The notes beneath the pieces were generated by a model. That model made no database searches. It had not been told where the DNA came from and saw only the letters and a program-made list of their open reading frames with translations. Positions 51,183-61,620 of a stretch of DNA of 64,000 bases are shown in pieces; within the stretch, counting starts at the first letter, position 1; the number at the start of each line of letters is the position of its first letter. Origin of the DNA: Phoronis australis (taxonomy: Eukaryota > Animalia > Phoronida); assembly GCA_002633005.1 (NCBI GenBank), contig NMRA01000289.1, positions 158,792-222,791 of the forward strand, written 5' to 3'. The translations under genes and the position numbers were made by a program.

Positions 51183-51601
51183 NNNNNNNNNNNNNNNNNN
51201 NNNNNNNNNNNNNNNNNNNNNNNNNNNNNNNNNNNNNNNNNNNNNNNNNNNNNNNNNNNNNNNNNNNNNNNNNNNNNNNNNNNNNNNNNNNNNNNNNNNN
51301 NNNNNNNNNNNNNNNNNNNNNNNNNNNNNNNNNNNNNNNNNNNNNNNNNNNNNNNNNNNNNNNNNNNNNNNNNNNNNNNNNNNNNNNNNNNNNNNNNNNN
51401 NNNNNNNNNNNNNNNNNNNNNNNNNNNNNNNNNNNNNNNNNNNNNNNNNNNNNNNNNNNNNNNNNNNNNNNNNNNNNNNNNNNNNNNNNNNNNNNNNNNN
51501 NNNNNNNNNNNNNNNNNNNNNNNNNNNNNNNNNNNNNNNNNNNNNNNNNNNNNNNNNNNNNNNNNNNNNNNNNNNNNNNNNNNNNNNNNNNNNNNNNNNN
51601 N
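51183..51601. other. Assembly gap (N run)
   Basis: Run of Ns. Confidence 1.
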
Positions 51602-52311
51602 TTGCAGGTGGCTGGCTGGGTGGGTGGGTGCGTAAGTGCCCGTGTGTGTTCGTGTGTTCATGTTTGTGTCTAAATGATCATCGTGGAAGTACGTATTTGC
51701 TTTTTTAATCTGCCAAGCTTTAGGACAATTTGTAGCATTTACTTAAGCTTAACCTGGTATCATGGTATTAGTCATTCTTAGACTCTGTTGTTACAGTTAT
51801 AGAAAGCTGATCGCATTTACACATGTAAGACAGCAAAGGCCTGTTCATTCAAGCCTTTACCGGATTTTTCCGGAATGTTCAATATTTACCGAATTCTCAC
51901 GAACATTGTGAAATAATCAACCGTGTTCATTGCGTAAAAAATTGCGAAAATTTCCCCAAGGGTCTCGGATAATTAAGCCTTTTGTGCAGCTGCTACATTT
52001 CATTGTGCATTTACCGCCAAAAATTGCAACATCTTGTGACACTGTAGAAACTGGCGCAATTTGGAATTTTATGCATTGGTGGGAAGAAAACGCAGCTTTA
52101 ACTATGACTACTCGTAGCATTGATTTTATGAAGCTGCCTGGATTCCTATGTTGACGTTATGTTCCCAGCCTCAACTCTTTCGTTTGAGAATTTATCATAA
52201 TTTCATTTAGAAAATCACAGTAACTGGGAAATATATCGGAATATGTTTTAATTGTCCATGTCTGTCAAAAACTTCCATAATCTCATACTGAAACACCATT
52301 ACAACCCATAG

Positions 52312-52368
52312 CTATCCAAATCAATATGATGATACAAATCACACCTGAGTGGAGAAAAGTGAACCCCT
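52312..52368 (+). CDS. Candidate exon 7 (tentative)
   Basis: cccatag|(P)IQINMMIQITPEWRKVNP|gtaagt, phase 1-1; strong donor, uncertain acceptor and frame. Confidence 0.35.
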
Positions 52369-52464
52369 GTAAGTAATTATTACCATTAAATTGATAACTT
52401 TTTTAGAAATAGGCATCATTTTTTATATTTTCTTCTCATTTTTGAATGAATTTTTAATTTTCAG

Positions 52465-52603
52465 AGTTTACAAGCCTGGTGCAAACCATTCACGGATCCC
52501 ATACTTCGACAGATGAATGCATACATAGATACTACAATGAGACAAAACATCAAGGCGTGGGCCTCAATGTTCAACAAAATGGCTACTTCTCCGTTCGTTT
52601 CTG
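52465..52603 (+). CDS. Exon 8 (helical linker; acceptor at 52464 or 52474)
   Basis: Open frame SLQAWCKPFTDPILRQMNAYIDTTMRQNIKAWASMFNKMATSPFVS G|gtact ends in phase 1, compatible with the FN2 exon. Confidence 0.55.
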
Positions 52604-52962
52604 GTACTTATTTTGTAATATCGCCTCCTCCCTGCACACATATATTGGGGCTGCTTAATAAACGATTCTCCTGGTTGTCAATTCGTTAACTTTTCTAGCA
52701 AGGAGTTTATACATTTACAGAATTTTATGATTGCATTCACGAGAACGCTTCTATCACTCATTATTTCTAACAACGTTTTCATTGACTACCCTCAATTGTC
52801 TTCGCCGTTTCCGCTGGGTCAACAGACTAAAACATTTGATTAGCTTGTAAACCAGAGGCTGCCATCGAAAACCAATCAGATGTCTTACCCCGTTGGAACC
52901 GGCGAAGTCAACGCGTTTTGATGTATGCAATATTGCTTATATGCTTTTTACTCGTGGTTTAG

Positions 52963-53118
52963 GTTTCAGCGCTGTTGATAGTAAAATGACGGTTGACGGG
53001 ATACCATGCAAGTTACCCTTCTATTATCAAGGAAAAAATGTAAAATGCACCAAAAAGGGTCATCACAGGCCTTGGTGTTACACGGATAACAAGAACTGGG
53101 GGAATTGTTTCTCAGTGG
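52963..53118 (+). CDS. Fibronectin type II domain exon 1
   Basis: tttag|..TVDGIPCKLPFYYQGKNVKCTKKGHHRPWCYTDNKNWGNC..|gtaag; FN2 pattern C-x2-PF-x-Y..C..PWC..WGxC; 156 nt, phase 1-1. Confidence 0.88.
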
Positions 53119-53559
53119 GTAAGTTTGTGGTGAAAAAATAGTCCAGTAAAAGCTGGGAACTATCACATAACGCAGGTACCGAGATTAAAAAATATCTTTA
53201 TCCAACCATGTGCATATATCAGGTTTCGCTATTACTAAAGTGGTTCATGCATAACAATACTTCGCTAAGGCATACGTTATCTCGCCAAACTCACAAAAAT
53301 ACATTTGCAGAACGCAGCCCGGATGGGTTCCATAGACATAGGACACTCGCAACAGAGCTAGTATGATCATTTGCTTCAATTGTAACGCACGAAGATATCT
53401 TGCGTGACGCTGGGTTTGTTGCGAGTTTTTTTTTTGTCTACGGAAGAAAACCCTAAGTGTTTTCCGTAGAAATAAGAATCTTGCAAAGAAGCAAAATCAC
53501 GAGCGTGCTCGGGAGCTGTCTAGCACACCCTAGCAAAATGGCGGCGAGTGAAATGATTA

Positions 53560-53984
53560 CCGGGAATTTCTGTAGATAAGCCCATGGGTGTGTATTCGGA
53601 AATGAAAATTCTCAGGCCTTTTAGCTACACCAAATAAACGCCCAGGCGTTTATTCGGAAAGGGGAGCGTGTAAACGGAAAGCCATAGTTTTGCTTGACTT
53701 ATTACTCTTTTACTTAAAATTGCGTTGATAATTTTTTGTTAATAAATGCATAGTTCTCCAACGCCTTGTTCGTTTTTATAAATGATAAAGGCGCTTCAAA
53801 ACTAGTGAATTTGTGACAACAGTTGACGCTAAGCGGACTTGTAAGAGTAAAATTTCCAAATAAACGTCCCACTGCCTGGACACTTGTAAATCAAATAAAC
53901 ACCAATTGTGGTGTATTTGGCATAATTTTCCAAATAAACGCCCATGGCGTTTCATCGGATGGACTTAGCTACGGAAAATCCCGG
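53560..53984. mobile_element. TA-flanked MITE (Tc1/mariner-type)
   Basis: TA|CCGGGAATTTCTGTAGATAAG ... CTTAGCTACGGAAAATCCCGG|TA; internal AATAAACGCCC repeats. Confidence 0.7.
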
Positions 53985-54068
53985 TAGTACATGTGTATTT
54001 AAGGTTGCAATGCGGAATTCACTGCTTCCGTTCCATAATCGACGATTTATTGTGTCTACAGAACGCAG

Positions 54069-54218
54069 GCCCGCCTCCCGTTCAGTAACGTTAGGACCTA
54101 GCTTAAAAGCAAGACTTTGCGAGATATTGCCGTGTATTTTAAATAAGAGCACGTGACCTTGACTAGCTTTTGGCTAGGTCCTAGCCTAGGTCCTAGCGTC
54201 TACTGAACGCACGCCCGG
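54069..54218. mobile_element. Small palindromic MITE (TAGGACCTAG repeats)
   Basis: CGTTCAGTAACGTTAGGACCTAGC vs GCTAGGTCCTAGCGTCTACTGAACG are inverted; a related end is at 35375. Confidence 0.55.
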
Positions 54219-54372
54219 TATTGCGACCACTGATGCGGGTTTGCAGTGGTATCAGCACAGAGAACTTAATATTAACGTGCATCAAAACAAGGACAGGGGC
54301 ACACCCCACAGGGGATTAATAATCTACCATCTGTTAGAAGCCTGTTTCTATTTTGTCTAATATACGTTTCAG

Positions 54373-54528
54373 ATTCTTTGGTCGACAAAGTCGTGACTGA
54401 GGTCGGCAAAGCGTGCAAGATCCCATTCACATATAAAAACGTAGTATACAACAAGTGCACCTCTGTCGGTTCTACCAAACCTTGGTGTTATACAACAGAC
54501 GGCAAGTGGGGATATTGCTCAGCTTTCG
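54373..54528 (+). CDS. Fibronectin type II domain exon 2 (not in ORF track)
   Basis: tttcag|(D)SLVDKVVTEVGKACKIPFTYKNVVYNKCTSVGSTKPWCYTTDGKWGYCSAF|gtaag; 156 nt, phase 1-1. Confidence 0.9.
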
Positions 54529-55276
54529 GTAAGTTTATCATTCACCTTTAACAAGAGAAATATCAAACATTTTGTTTAAGAACAGCTTTAAAAAGTCACA
54601 GGACACGTGACTTTCCAACAACTGTGCCCATCTAACTCATTACTTCAGCCAATTGTTTATGTGACTTCACACTTTTTGTACATTTTCTAAATTTATTACT
54701 CACGAACTGAATCAATTTTATTATTTTATTTATTTATTTATCACTCATCAATGCTTTGTACAATTCATTTTATATAATGTATTTTTCATACGCTTTGTGT
54801 AGTAAAAGAATAATTTTCTTTTTATTATGTTTATATCTTGAACCACAGGAAACATAATATTTTGATTCCTGCGCTTTATGAGCCTGATTTAAACACGTTG
54901 AAGAGAGTAGTCTACTGCTGCCCAAAGATTCTGCAGTTATTCATTGTACACAAATGGAAAACATGACATTCACGGATAAGGTTCTACTTCATCACCGTGG
55001 TAAATACATTCAATTCGCTGGAGCAATGTGCTCCAAAACAAGATTATATTTTTGCGAGATTTCGACACTGCCTCATTCTGGCCACACGACGGCGCTACGT
55101 AGGAATGCATATGTACGTTCTGCGAGACCCACTTGTCAATGCGATAAACATTCGCAGTTCTAGTGAGACATGACACATTCTGCAGTAGCGTGGGAGAATG
55201 TAACGACTGCTTATCTTTTTATGATAGAAGGCGGGTTTATTGCCACTGTAAAACACTTTTTGTCAACACACCTCAG

Positions 55277-55531
55277 ATCTGGATCTTTGCCTAATGCCAA
55301 CGACGTACAAAGAACAGTATTTCGGACACCGGAACAGAGGAGACAACGGCCAACTGTGCAATTCCTGGAAAAAACAGACTACATACACCAGCAGCTATTT
55401 TCCCATGGACGACAATACAGTAGAGCTTGCCAGCAACTACTGCCGCCGCCTTAAGACGAGTAATAGTAAGACTTGGTGTTACACCGGTAATTCTTGGAGC
55501 TATTGCACAATTCGTGCATGTGGACCAAAAG
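55277..55531 (+). CDS. Kringle domain exon
   Basis: cctcag|..LCL..YFG..NGQLCNSW..FP..ASNYCR..WCYT..WSYCTIRACGPK|gtgagg; six-Cys kringle pattern, 255 nt, phase 1-1. Confidence 0.88.
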
Positions 55532-56177
55532 GTGAGGAACTGCACTGATGATGAAGCGTTTTGTTGGCTGTTGTGGGTGGTCATGGACATGAGTTACCGA
55601 ATAAGCAAGTTGAAGTCTTAAAAATACCAATGAACACAAGATGGTGTTCTCGAAAACTCGGAAAACTATTTCAATTTTTGTTTGTCGCGTTTTCTTTGAA
55701 ATCTGCCCAAATCATTCAGCTGAAATCTATCAATTCTGTTACTGACAGTCACCTTATTGTGTGCGCAGTTTCAAACGCAACCTTGCCAGGCCAAGGGAAA
55801 TAGTGAACCCAGACTCATTTTTAAACCTGCGCTTCGCCGCTCATCGAAATAAAAGCACCCGCAACACCTTCACTAACCTATTCGATGATTGTTTTGGAAA
55901 AATTGCCTTGGCAATTCTGCGACAATCATCTCTTTCATGACCTTAACCGAGGTTTCTAAAAGCAATTAATGTCAGTCGACTTTTTATATATGCACAACTA
56001 AAAATATTGCATCAATGCTTCAATTTTCAAAAAAAAACCAGTCCATCAACCAATTGTTTTTAATAGAATACGTTTCTCTACACACATCACCATAGTTCTT
56101 TGTTTAAAAGGCAAATTGAATTTCATTTAAAACACTTAGACTGCAATAATTGAAATCAAAATTAATACTTCTAACTT

Positions 56178-56380
56178 TTGCACAATTCGTGCATGTGGAC
56201 CAAAAGGTGAGGAGCTGTATTGATGATGAAGAGTTTTGTGCGTCCGTGACAGACATGAGTTACCGAATATGCAAGTTGAAGACGCTGAAAATATCAATGA
56301 ACACAAGATGGTTTTCACGAAACCTCGAAAAACTATTTCGATATATGTTTGTCGCGTTTTCGCTGAAATCTATCAATTCT
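56178..56380 (+). repeat. Partial duplicate of the kringle exon 3' end and following intron (55503 to ~55735)
   Basis: TTGCACAATTCGTGCATGTGGACCAAAAGGTGAGGA is identical in both places, and about 170 bp more is collinear. Confidence 0.9.
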
Positions 56381-57321
56381 AGAAATTGGCTGAAAACTTT
56401 TCTCTAAAATATTCTCTGTGCACTTAGTTGTGATCCATTTGTTTGAAAATTTAAATTCCTGTTTATCCATAATCACTTTTGTAAAGCGCTTAATTTTAAC
56501 CGTACTGTAATTACAGCTTTAAACAATAACAATAAAGGTAACAAGATAGAAAATAGTAGAACAACTTACCTCGTTTAGTTCATCGTCGCTTAACTCGTCT
56601 GCCTGCACCTTTTTGGTTACAAGCCCGGCACACTTACTCAAAGTCGTCATTTTGGCGTAACTCGTCCTATTTACTCCATACAAATATCTTCACATCTAAT
56701 TCACATTGGGAGTATACCATTGCATGCACGCTTGTATTGTGCTCGCTTAAAGGGTTTTGCAAAGCGCCATAACTCATTCTTCATTATAAAATTTCTCCAA
56801 GTGAAATGGAATTTGGACGATAGAATCCAGACGTTGTCTTCCAAGCAATGTAGGCATTTTTCTATTTTACCGGGCCACCGTTTTGTCACCATCAGTAATA
56901 GATGCCTTATAGAACAAAATGTGTTATATTTAATGCATATACAAACTCTGACTGAAAATACAATCAGTGATGACCACTATAACCTGTTCAGTAATATTTC
57001 CTTCACAACTCAAACCACACCATACTTAACTTTGGAATAAAAACTTTCCGTTAAAATTTGATGACAAGAAACAAGAATGATTTGGGAGATATCGCCATGC
57101 AATACGTTGCCCTGGATCGTCGAAATTGCGAATTGTGCGTGAATTTTCAGCCGGAAAAGTTGTACATGTAACTTTGACCCCTCCCCCGACAGAGGCGAGT
57201 TATGCGAGGTAACCTGCACTGAAGGTTCTGAGCCTACCATAGTCAAAAACTTGAAGTTCATGGCTTAATGATTTGTAAGCCGAGTTCTAATACTGTGGTC
57301 TTTTTACTTGTATTTTTACAG

Positions 57322-57332
57322 ATTGGGAATGA
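57322..57332 (+). CDS. Candidate terminal coding exon (..DWE*)
   Basis: Strong acceptor tttttacttgtatttttacag|AT TGG GAA TGA, phase 1. Confidence 0.5.
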
Positions 57333-58264
57333 TGACAGCTCACTTAAAGACAAGTACACTCGTCTAAACTGCATTTTGGTTCCTGGTTCCTGACTACATA
57401 TCAGAAATAGTGCTCGACTATTACATTTACGAGATTTGTTTGAATGAATTGTTTAAAATCGTCTGATGGTACTTTTTGCGTGTATGATAACATTTGCAAT
57501 TTGACGCTGCTATCCATTCACTACTCGTTCACACAGAACTAAGGAGGCGAGTATCTCCTTCCAATGATGGTGAGTTTGGTTTCTGGAACATACATGCATG
57601 AACACCCACTAATTCCGATCGGCTAGGGGCATCAGATGAGATAGACGCTTTTCACGATCACTCCGGTAACAAAAGGGTTTTAACGCGTTTGTTTCTTAAA
57701 AGTATGCCCACCGAACACGATCAGTGGTGTAGTGGTAAACTTAGAGGTAAGTAAGCGCCCAAAGCTCATCGTATCGCCTAGAGCACTGAATTTTAAAGCT
57801 ACATTGAACTCCCAGAATCTCACTCACAAACATGTAGGCCTCCTTTTTGACGGTGGGTAGGCGTGACGTTAAAAAGCTAAAAGGTGGTTGGCTGTGCCTA
57901 CGTGCACCCGTTACGCCAAACTAAAGCATTGAACACGATTCACCATTGTTTCACCACCTCATTTCTAAACCCCTGCAACATTACTGGGAATCACAGAGGT
58001 ATTGCCATATGGTGTGGTGCAGGGCTACTCGGCTCTATCAGCTTCCTGTCCCACTGCATAGAACTGTAGCCATGGAAGGCCAACTCCAGCACGTGACCTA
58101 TAGGCATTCTTTTATTCATTACAGCGTCCTGTCGTTCAGTAACTTTTCCAGACGTGAGGGGTGCTAAACGTGCGATAATATCTGGCTTAACTTAACTTTC
58201 ATTTTTATCAGCCCACCCCAGTCAGGCTAGATACGATCTAATCGGAGATTAGAGCAATTATCAA

Positions 58265-59256
58265 ACTAGAAAGATTATTGCCGCGGCGTGACAATAACGG
58301 ACTCTTCGCGTGCGTATTACTGGAATTATTATGGAAAGTTACTGACAGCAACCCACTTACCAATATGAAAAGGAATTCTTTAAAATTGTAGGAGAAAGTA
58401 CACATTAATTTTTTGATGACCTTTCCACTAATTGACCTCTTCCGGTGCATTATGAGCCCCGATGAGGGAGTAATTGTTAACTCGATTAAAAGTGTGGTTA
58501 ATGCTAAAAATCACATATGTTGTACTTTAAGCACTTCAGAATACAAGATAAATGAATCGGTCAAACTTTCAGAAGAAAAAATGCACCTAATGACCCCATG
58601 GGTGCACCAAATGACCTGAAAATTTAGAATTCAAACTCACTTAGTAAACAGATATGTAATTTTGAAGTCTCTAGCTCAAAATTTTAGTTTGCATTCAATG
58701 ACCTTTGACCTATTTTTTCTGATTGGTTAGGCCTATTGCGAAGTAAAGTAGGGTATTCAATTGGCATGTTGACTTACACCAGTGTGCTGAAATTGAAAAG
58801 AATTCCTTGAAAAACGTAAGAGATATAACATTTTGAACGTTACATGACCTNGAATTTGTTGATGAATCTTTTACATGTCATTGAAAAAGGCGAAAATACA
58901 AACGCGCGAGTCATATTTCTTCAGGCAGCCCTTAGCGGCTTCACGGGCAATAAAATGTAATCGACCGAATAGATTCGTCGACCACAGATTTACCCTGTGG
59001 TTTTTCCGCTTGATCCCAGACCGCCCCGAGTTGCTCCAGCAGCCAACTCGGGGCGGTCTCTCACGAGGGTTTAGCGTTATGTTTATGTACTGACAAATGT
59101 CACATGCAGAATTTAAAGAACATACCTGCACCCATTTTGGAGTTATTAAGCCGGCTCAAAGTTGGTCGGAAGAAGAATAAGAAAAAGAATAAGAATAAGA
59201 ATAAAATTGAAGAAAACCCAGAAACAACAGTACTCTGCGCTTACACGCGCAGAGTA
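58265..59256. mobile_element. Helentron/HINE element copy with both ends (contig join at 58851)
   Basis: ACTAGAAAGATTATTG start, (AAGAAT)n, terminal hairpin TACTCTGCGC-TTACAC-GCGCAGAGTA (59231-59256); inserted in an AA of the dispersed repeat. Confidence 0.75.
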
Positions 59257-60139
59257 ACAAAAGAGCGCTGGCCCTCCAACCATCAACGCCAGAATGGAGT
59301 TAATTGGCTACGGGGGGTAAACTTCCCAACTTGTTGTTGGGCTATACAATCGAACAAGTTGGGAGCAACGGGATGTCGCTGTCATGCCTCGCTGGTCCCC
59401 TACATGTACGTGCCTAGCCAGCACGCAGGTATCACGCAGTGGCAAGCATTGGGTGATTTAACCACAGCAGTCATTGGTTAGCTCTACACCACCGTGAAAA
59501 ATGGCAGACTGTGAGCGATTTTTAGCCTTGTCATGCAAGTGGCGTCGCAGCAACTATTTCGTTTCTACAGTGCTTGAAGCACATACATGTACAGTAAACA
59601 CATATGTGCCCAATGTATTATTCATACTGTGTGAATACAGGACAGTATCGTAAACAAAAGACCTCGAATGTAAAAAGATTCAAATTTCCGGAACATAACT
59701 TTTAAGCACCGATTTGTCTGTACAACAGACCTCATTTACACTTCAGTCCATCATATCAGTCATACCAGCATAGACCATAGAGTATCTATGATGCCAGTTT
59801 GTTTGCGTAAAGCGCTGCCTGTTGAGAATTAGACTAGCCAATCAGAAACGTCGGTGTAAAAATTTTCCCGAGGAAAATTAAATGATGCCTGCGTGCTGCT
59901 TACTGACCACCTAGCGGTGCGCAGGGAACCAGCGAGTCTTATTCGAGCTAGCGACATCGAAACCAGCCTCGAAAGTTCAGTGCTCTGAGAATTTTCGGCT
60001 GTCTGCTCGATTAAGTTTTGATAGAGAGCTGTACTTATCAAATGAAGCCTACTTTCTCTGGTTCATTTCCATTTTGTCATTATTGTTTAACTAGTGAGAC
60101 TCTAGAGGTACGGTTCCATAGAATCAGCGATTCCTTGCC

Positions 60140-61620
60140 AAACGAAAAACGGAGCGGCAGAGAGACTGACGCAAGAGCGGGCACGGGGTGGCCGAACCCT
60201 AGAGGTGGAAAAAAATATCAAGGTAAACGCGGAGGTATAAGGAGAAAGATGACGACAATGCCTGGGATGGAAGGACAGGTAAGACCAAAACCCCAAGGAA
60301 GGGGTGGGAAACGGGGGTACAGGGGGTGAGACGTCGAGGAAGCCCGAAAAGGGGGACACGGGGCCCAAGGTCCATGAACGGAAAAACACGAACCCCCAAT
60401 GGGAGGGCGGAGAAAAATTGAAAAGGAGTCACGGGGAGTTGAAGATAACGCACACAGTGCAATGAATTACCAATGAGGGGGGAGGGGAAAGGACACAGGG
60501 CCCCAAAGGAGAAATGGGCACGCGTATAGAAGGCACACAGTGCCAGTGTCACAGACGCAGGAAACAAACCCCAAAGGAGAACATGAAAGGCACACAGTGC
60601 CAAAGAGGTGACACGGTCACTCGAAGGGGAGGCAAAAGGAGCCGGGTGGCAGAGATGCAACACCAGGGGCAGACAGTGGTGAGAGGTGACACGGTGACGC
60701 ATAAGTGAGGCACACAGTGCCAGGCGTCACGGACCCAACAACATGGCGGACGGGGTAAAAAGGGGGCAGGGGGAAAACTGGTGGCAAAAAGGGGGGAGGT
60801 CGAGGGAGGGAGTTAGGACGAAGGAGGTGGAAACCAAAAGTGAAACGAACGCTGACAGCCTGATTGAGGAACCCACGGGAAGTGAAGTGGACCCCATGGA
60901 TACAAGAGAGATGGGTTGGGGTGCGCCAAAGGCCCACGGTGGGTCCAAAGGGAGACGGTAGGGTGGAGGAGGAGGGAGGTGATGGCTGTGTAGAGGGAGC
61001 GACAGCGTGAATTGAACCTGCTGTGGTCGTGGAAGAGTTGAAAAATTTGACCAATAAGAACACGAGAGACGGAGGGGAAAGTGAAAGAATTAGGCAATAC
61101 ATCGTCATGGATTCCGCAAGCATACAGGGGCGATAGTATCTCCCGACAAAAGGTTACTACTTTAAAACACAGGAGATAAAATCAAACGAAACATGCATAT
61201 ATGCACATGGAGTAATAAACACTTCATACCAGAAGCCTGGAGACGATTCAGTCAAGATAAGTGGAACAACACGATGGAAATGTGTCGCGGTGAGATCGAG
61301 TTATACGTGCCGGGCACCATTTTGAGGAAGTTACGTGAAATCACGCATGTTGACGAATAAAAAGTCCAAGGGACACCAATTTTACAAATGTCATCCGAAT
61401 AGACGCGAGGGAGGAGATAGAAAATGGATCGGGGCCCGGGGGCTAGGGTGGCACCGAGAGGCCCAAGAAGTGGGTCGGGACAAGACAGGGATCAAACCCG
61501 AGGTTAAATAGGTCAAGAGACCGAGCACGGCTGAGGGCAAAATGGCCCAGCCACCGGACGTAGGGTGATCCCAGATAAAGGCCGGGAACTGGCATGACAG
61601 AGCAGAGGAAGGAAAAAAAC
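60140..61620. repeat. Strongly purine-skewed, GC-rich segment with short internal repeats; probably a decayed mobile element, unclassified
   Basis: GGCACACAGTGCCA x3 and AGAGGTGACACGGT x2; no recognisable protein motif. Confidence 0.35.

Noticed and set aside
51116-51708. Long ORFs of 169-185 aa
   Set aside because: Read-through of the N gap.
32347-57332. Functional cluster linking the luciferase-like gene and the toxin-like gene (defence island)
   Set aside because: Only adjacency supports it; there is no shared regulation or synteny evidence in the window.
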